Shown piece after piece: positions 59,676-64,000 of a DNA stretch of 64,000 bases. Source of the DNA: Deltaproteobacteria bacterium (GTDB taxonomy: Bacteria > Myxococcota_A > Polyangia > HGW-17); NCBI GenBank assembly GCA_027858615.1, contig JAQICJ010000292.1, forward strand, positions 623 to 64,622, in the 5' to 3' direction. Under the pieces are notes generated by a model. That model saw only the letters and a list, made by a program, of their open reading frames with translations, ran no database searches and was not told the origin of the DNA. A program made the translations under genes and the position numbers. Positions within the stretch are counted from its first letter, which is position 1. Each line of letters begins with the position of its first letter.

Positions 59676-59698
59676 CTTGTGACAACTTGTGACACAAG
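59676..59698. promoter_or_regulatory. Iteron-like CTTGTGACA-A-CTTGTGACA ending in the 13-bp perfect palindrome CTTGTG-A-CACAAG, upstream of fic. A related, degenerate copy lies at 59813-59851. Three further direct copies of ACTTGTGACAC lie immediately 3' of fic (60966-61001).
   Basis: Seen in the sequence. Confidence 0.5.
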
Positions 59699-59889
59699 AT
59701 ATTGGAGTAACATCCCAAGCAGCTTTTTATGTACCAATCACAAATGAACAACAAATCTTTAAACGTTTATATAATCAAAACGTATTAAAACCCTAACGGG
59801 GTTACGTTTTTTGCTTGTAACTTGTGTCAACATGTGTCATATGTTGTTTAACAACCCCTTTTCCATTGATTTCGAAGTGAGAATTTTAA

Positions 59890-60966
59890 ATGAATATATC
59901 ACAACCCAAATTTCAGATAACCAATTCCATGACTTGTAATATTGCCGCCATTGAAAGGGTGCGTGGTTTTTTTGAAGCTGTAGATTTAAATAGTGAGTGG
60001 ATAAAAATTTACAGTCAGAAGGCTTTGTCCAAAGAAGCACACCACACAACCCACATTGAAGGAACTCAATTAACCTGGCAACAGGCTGACGCCATCTGGA
60101 ATGGAAAACAATTGGAAGATGCAGATCAAGAAGATGTAAGAGAACTTCTGAATTACAGGACTGCTTTCGAATACGTCTCTAAGCACATTGACAATGAAAA
60201 CCCTGTAACTGAAAAATTTATCAGAAAAATCCACTATAAATTAGTGGATAAAGTTCGTAGTGGAAAAGCAGCTCCCGGTATATACCGTAAAATTCCAAAT
60301 TATGTCATAAATTCTACAACAAAAAAAGTTATCTACACTCCCCCTCCTGCCCAAAAAATCCCTGATATGATGTCACAATTGGTAAAATGGTTGAATTATG
60401 AAGAAAATATTCACCCCTTATTGATCAGTGGAATCGCTCAATTCTGGTTGGTTCATATTCACCCTTTCCTTGATGGTAACGGCAGAACATCGAGGTTATT
60501 GTCAACAGCAGTTTTATACGGTTCAGGCTATGATTTTAAGCGCTTGTTCTCCCTGAGTGAATACTATGACCGCAATCGAAGGAATTTTTACAAATCTCTG
60601 CAAAGCGTCAGAGAAAACAATCTGGATATGACCCTATGGCTTGAATATTACCTGAAAGGACTCAACGTACAGTTAAATGAACTAAAATTGTTTGGGGAGA
60701 AAATGATTCGAAAAGATAACCTGGTAAGGAAGTACAAACTTAATGAAAGACAAAATCTTGCTCTGGAATACATCATTAATAATGGGGATTTAAGTATTAC
60801 AGAATACCAGAATTTATGTCCCCAGGTAAATCGGCGTACTTTACAACGAGATCTTGCAAAATTGACAAATAAACAAATAATAACAGAGCAGGGAAAAACA
60901 AATAATAAAATCTACCTTATTAAACATCTAATTCCCCCTCAGCCAGGATCAGGTTTTTACTGCTGA
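59890..60966 (+). CDS. fic: Fic-family protein (adenylyltransferase-type), class II with an N-terminal inhibitory helix. The C-terminal ~70 aa are likely a winged HTH.
   Basis: Canonical Fic motif [14 protein letters not shown] (HPFx[D/E]GNGR). Inhibitory (S/T)xxxE(G/N) motif in [10 protein letters not shown] upstream. Length 358 aa. Confidence 0.9.
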   Translation: MNISQPKFQITNSMTCNIAAIERVRGFFEAVDLNSEWIKIYSQKALSKEAHHTTHIEGTQLTWQQADAIWNGKQLEDADQEDVRELLNYRTAFEYVSKHIDNENPVTEKFIRKIHYKLVDKVRSGKAAPGIYRKIPNYVINSTTKKVIYTPPPAQKIPDMMSQLVKWLNYEENIHPLLISGIAQFWLVHIHPFLDGNGRTSRLLSTAVLYGSGYDFKRLFSLSEYYDRNRRNFYKSLQSVRENNLDMTLWLEYYLKGLNVQLNELKLFGEKMIRKDNLVRKYKLNERQNLALEYIINNGDLSITEYQNLCPQVNRRTLQRDLAKLTNKQIITEQGKTNNKIYLIKHLIPPQPGSGFYC

Positions 60967-61208
60967 ACTTGTGACAACTTGTGACACCAACTTGTGACAC
61001 CATAAACTCCAAACCACCACCGCTGCCACCACCTGCGCCAAAAAATTGTGCTCTCCCGCTGAATGTTGTGCTCTCCCATTTTTCAATCGTCAGATCTTTC
61101 CTCTTGTAATGATAGAAATTGCACTATATAGCAAAATATCGACAGGGAATGATTCTGTTGACAAAAAGTACTCTTTTGATATTTATGCACCGATGGAAGG
61201 GTAAGAGG

Positions 61209-62501
61209 ATGTACATGAATACTGCGGCACAGCTCAGGATCGAATTTATTCAAAAAACCAGTTATGGGGTTATTTTTACTCTTTTGTTGTATGTTTTATT
61301 GGTAACAGGTTGTGATTCAACATCAACAGAGGCTGAACACGACGCTGGTATGCCCGATGTGACCGAAGATGGCCAAGTTTTTGACGCGTCAGAAGATGTG
61401 AAAGATGTGGAAGACCACGTCGACACGATTGATGACGGAGGCAATGAGGAACTGATTCCTTTTGAGCCTCTCACGGGAGTATCAGATCATGTAGTTGCTT
61501 TGCACCATTTGAAATATAGAGAAGAGAGCTCTGTGCTGTCTCCCTGGGTAGCGAATCGGGCCTATCCTGGATATGAGTATTTTCTTAATGATCACAATCC
61601 TGATGACTGGGAGGAGAGCGAAACGGAACATGTTTTTCTTGGAGAGATTTGGGCTCCACCTCCTCATGAAGTTGAGTTTCTGGTGCTTCTCAGCGCCGGA
61701 CAGCAAGGAGCCTTGCTTGATAGACAGGATTACACAGCCATAATCACGGGCCAGACAGACAACTGGCATGAGAACCCTTCACATACGGGGACAAACCTTC
61801 TGGAGGGTTGGCAGACTATAATCACCAAAGACGCGACCATAGCAGGCCTCTCTTTAGCCGGACAATTTATCGCTGACGTTGGGGTGAATAATTCAGCATT
61901 TTTCGGAATGACTCCTCAGAACACCTACATGGCTGTTTTGTTTGATGCCTGTTTTTATTACGAGATGTCCAGTGAGAAAAAACATGAGCTTCTGGACAAC
62001 TATTTGGAATGGTTAATGTCCCGCGCCGATAACAATAGTGCACAGCGGATGGAGGCAATCTATCTTGCCGGGGCGAGCCGAGGTGGAGCGCTTGTCTCAA
62101 GGATGGGGATTGAGCTCACCCATAACCCTCGATGGAAAGCTGTTCTCTCTGGCGTTCAGGTGATTGTCAGCGCGTTTGATGGCGTAGCTAATGAGGAGGA
62201 AGGGGAGCTCTTTGCGACAACCACACAGGTGCAAAACCCACTGGATAACAGTAAGTTTTGCTATGCAACAACCTTGCATGACGAGGTGGACCCAAACGTC
62301 CCTCTGCATCTTTTGCAAACCGCAGGTGGAGCACCAGTAGTACCAGTAGTAGCTCCCAAACGCGCCTTCTATTTTGAAACTATTCCGGAACTTCTCGAGT
62401 TTCGCTGGGTTAACCTGATCCACTCCGAGATAGGGAGAGTATGGCACGACGAGACTGCAGCAGCGCACCTGCGTTGGCTCCAGCGTTGGCTTATGGAATA
62501 A
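61209..62501 (+). CDS. Hypothetical acidic lipoprotein encoded in a GC-rich (~50%) island. The ORF track gives 61119; the start is more likely the ATG at 61209.
   Basis: AAGAGG lies 6 nt upstream of 61209. Signal and lipobox ...LLYVLLVTGC + DSTSTEAEHD. Local GC is clearly above the window average. No recognisable domain. Confidence 0.5.
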   Translation: MYMNTAAQLRIEFIQKTSYGVIFTLLLYVLLVTGCDSTSTEAEHDAGMPDVTEDGQVFDASEDVKDVEDHVDTIDDGGNEELIPFEPLTGVSDHVVALHHLKYREESSVLSPWVANRAYPGYEYFLNDHNPDDWEESETEHVFLGEIWAPPPHEVEFLVLLSAGQQGALLDRQDYTAIITGQTDNWHENPSHTGTNLLEGWQTIITKDATIAGLSLAGQFIADVGVNNSAFFGMTPQNTYMAVLFDACFYYEMSSEKKHELLDNYLEWLMSRADNNSAQRMEAIYLAGASRGGALVSRMGIELTHNPRWKAVLSGVQVIVSAFDGVANEEEGELFATTTQVQNPLDNSKFCYATTLHDEVDPNVPLHLLQTAGGAPVVPVVAPKRAFYFETIPELLEFRWVNLIHSEIGRVWHDETAAAHLRWLQRWLME

Positions 62502-62676
62502 AGCTCCACTATAAATAGAAATTGAAACCGATCCCAAAGCCTGGATGAAGGAAAGAAAAAGAGTGGGCTTGGACGGCGCCTGATTTTTAGCTTTGAAAAT
62601 CCAATGAAAATTGCTACAGAGGAAATAAATAACGAAACCTGATTTGGTTTTGTCCTTTCTTTGAGGTGGATGTATT

Positions 62677-63192
62677 ATGAAAGAAGTTTCTGCTTTGGTA
62701 AAAAAGATCCAGCAGGGGGATCGCCAAGCTTGTGAAACTTTGGTAAGTCAATACTTTGGCAGTTGTTATGCAATTTCTCTTTCCATCGTCAAACAGGTAG
62801 AAGATGCTGAGGATGTAGCCCAGGAGTCATTGGTGAAAGCCATCGAAAAGATCGAACAATTGCGAAATATTAATCGTTTTGAATCCTGGCTGTTTCAAAT
62901 TGTGCGCAATCGTTCCCTGAATCGCTACAAGAAGTTGAAAAAACGCCACCATAGAGAAGTTAGTATTTGGAGGTCTTCCCCTGCCAAAAAGAAAGAAAAT
63001 ATCTATTTGCGTGACAGTTTACTCAAAGCTTTGGCAACTTTGGACGAAAAACAAAGAACAGTGGTTCTTCTTCACGAACTGGAAGGTTGGTCCCATGAGC
63101 AAATAGCCAAACAATTGGAAATTTCCAAGGTAATGTCGCGGCAAATTCTTTTTGTCAGTCGTAAAAAACTACAAGATGAGTTGGGAGAGTAA
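62677..63192 (+). CDS. ECF-type sigma-70 family RNA polymerase sigma factor.
   Basis: Region 2 (...AEDVAQESLVKAIEKI...FESWLFQIVRNRSLNRYKK) and region 4 HTH (LHELEGWSHEQIAKQLEISKVMSRQIL). GAGGTGGA RBS. Confidence 0.85.
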   Translation: MKEVSALVKKIQQGDRQACETLVSQYFGSCYAISLSIVKQVEDAEDVAQESLVKAIEKIEQLRNINRFESWLFQIVRNRSLNRYKKLKKRHHREVSIWRSSPAKKKENIYLRDSLLKALATLDEKQRTVVLLHELEGWSHEQIAKQLEISKVMSRQILFVSRKKLQDELGE

Positions 63193-63194
63193 AA

Positions 63195-63527
63195 ATGAAT
63201 AAAGATAAAAAAGAAAAGAAACCTCTAGATTTTTCAGTTCTGGATCCTGCTCAAGATGCTGAAAAATATGAATTTATGATAAAAAATATTGTAAATCGGG
63301 CAATGGCCGTTAGAGAAATGAAGGTATCCACCCAACTATTTAAATATTTCAAACCCATAATGGCAGGAGCATTATTAGTTATTTTGGTGAGTTTTTTATC
63401 ATTATTCTGGTTAGAATCGAAGGATAGTCAAAGAGTGAAAAAGTCTCAGGAATTGTCCTTTTATGATTGGACCCAGGGGAAAACTGATAATTTGTGGAAT
63501 GAAATTAGAGCAATCAGGAGGGAATAA
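63195..63527 (+). CDS. Probable anti-sigma factor (single-pass membrane protein).
   Basis: Starts 2 nt after the sigma stop. One TM helix (IMAGALLVILVSFLSLFWL). Small size. Typical sigma/anti-sigma coupling. Confidence 0.5.
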   Translation: MNKDKKEKKPLDFSVLDPAQDAEKYEFMIKNIVNRAMAVREMKVSTQLFKYFKPIMAGALLVILVSFLSLFWLESKDSQRVKKSQELSFYDWTQGKTDNLWNEIRAIRRE

Positions 63528-64000
63528 ATGAAAACCAACAATTCATATCAAAAAAAGATAATTTTCTTAGTTTCTTTGCTGTTCTTTTTAGTTTTTCTGG
63601 CGGGGGGATTTGCCGGTTCCTTGTTTTACGGAATTATGACCAAAACTAAAGATGGGGGTAAAGATCAGCCTCCTTTTCATCCTCCGCCGGGCGGATTTCA
63701 TCTGCATAGACTGGGGCTGGATGCTAAGCAAAGAATAAAAGCCAGGGAAATTGGTGAAAAATACCGTAAAGATTTGGATAGAATCAGAAAAAAAATACTA
63801 CCTGATGTTGAAAAAATACATCAAAAAATGAAAAAAGAATTGATCCAAATTCTGACTCCAGAACAATTAAAGATTCATCGCCAAATTGAAAAAGAAAAAA
63901 AAGGCAGTCAAGATCAATCGCGTCGCCATCCCATGGGTATGGGTCCGCCACGTCGCCATCCCCATGGGACTGCTGGCAGTCAATCACCGCCACCGCCACC
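63528..64000 (+). CDS. Spy/CpxP-family periplasmic protein (LTxxQ motifs), 3'-partial at the window edge.
   Basis: Starts right after the anti-sigma stop. Signal/TM IIFLVSLLFFLVFLAGGFAG. Two LTxxQ-type motifs (LDAKQRIKA; LTPEQLKIHRQ). His/Pro/Met-rich tail (RRHPMGMGPPRRHPHG). Confidence 0.55.
   Translation, partial: MKTNNSYQKKIIFLVSLLFFLVFLAGGFAGSLFYGIMTKTKDGGKDQPPFHPPPGGFHLHRLGLDAKQRIKAREIGEKYRKDLDRIRKKILPDVEKIHQKMKKELIQILTPEQLKIHRQIEKEKKGSQDQSRRHPMGMGPPRRHPHGTAGSQSPPPP

Noticed and set aside
59890-60966. A Fic toxin / antitoxin pair (a small upstream antitoxin ORF as for class I Fic).
   Set aside because: No small ORF lies upstream in the same orientation. The protein itself carries the inhibitory TxxxEG helix (class II), so a separate antitoxin is not expected.
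1-64000. Searched for rRNA, tRNA, tmRNA/RNase P-like structures and CRISPR arrays.
   Set aside because: No intergenic segment shows a tRNA-like cloverleaf signature (GTTC-type T-loop with an acceptor-stem pairing) on inspection. The direct repeats present are a MITE family, a Sel1 coding tandem and iterons, not the regularly spaced short repeats with unique spacers of a CRISPR array. Only a covariance-model scan (tRNAscan/Infernal) could fully exclude small RNAs.

Overview
This is a low-GC (roughly mid-30s % by eye) chromosomal segment from a diderm bacterium. The Tol system (tolQ-tolR-tolA-like-tolB), a LolC/E-type permease and many lipobox lipoproteins support a two-membrane envelope. Housekeeping genes are prfB, tatD, holB, a yaaT/ricT-like gene, folC, rsmD-coaD, an aspartate aminotransferase, engB, rimI, uvrA, a type I-beta DAHP synthase, a U32 peptidase and HU. 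They are interspersed with an unusually high load of repeat-protein genes and repetitive DNA. The most striking element is an uninterrupted 11.2-kb ORF for a 3719-aa acidic all-TPR protein, translationally coupled to engB and rimI. Further features are: (1) a 3-gene operon of very basic, secreted TPR-like proteins; (2) a Sel1/Hcp-like gene built from near-identical 111-bp DNA repeats and flanked by ~108-bp direct repeats; (3) a class-II (autoinhibited) Fic gene divergent from an AAA+/DUF4143 ATPase, with a repeat- and palindrome-dense control region; (4) a ~160-bp MITE-like element with terminal inverted repeats present in five copies; (5) a recurrent 11-mer TAACGGGGTTA; and (6) an S1-domain / B12-radical-SAM / SAM-methyltransferase / Cys-rich-lipoprotein operon. 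No rRNA, tRNA or CRISPR array was recognised. Two regions have clearly elevated GC (1-400 and ~61.2-62.5 kb) and look horizontally acquired. All calls rest on reading the translations and DNA by eye; no database search was possible.
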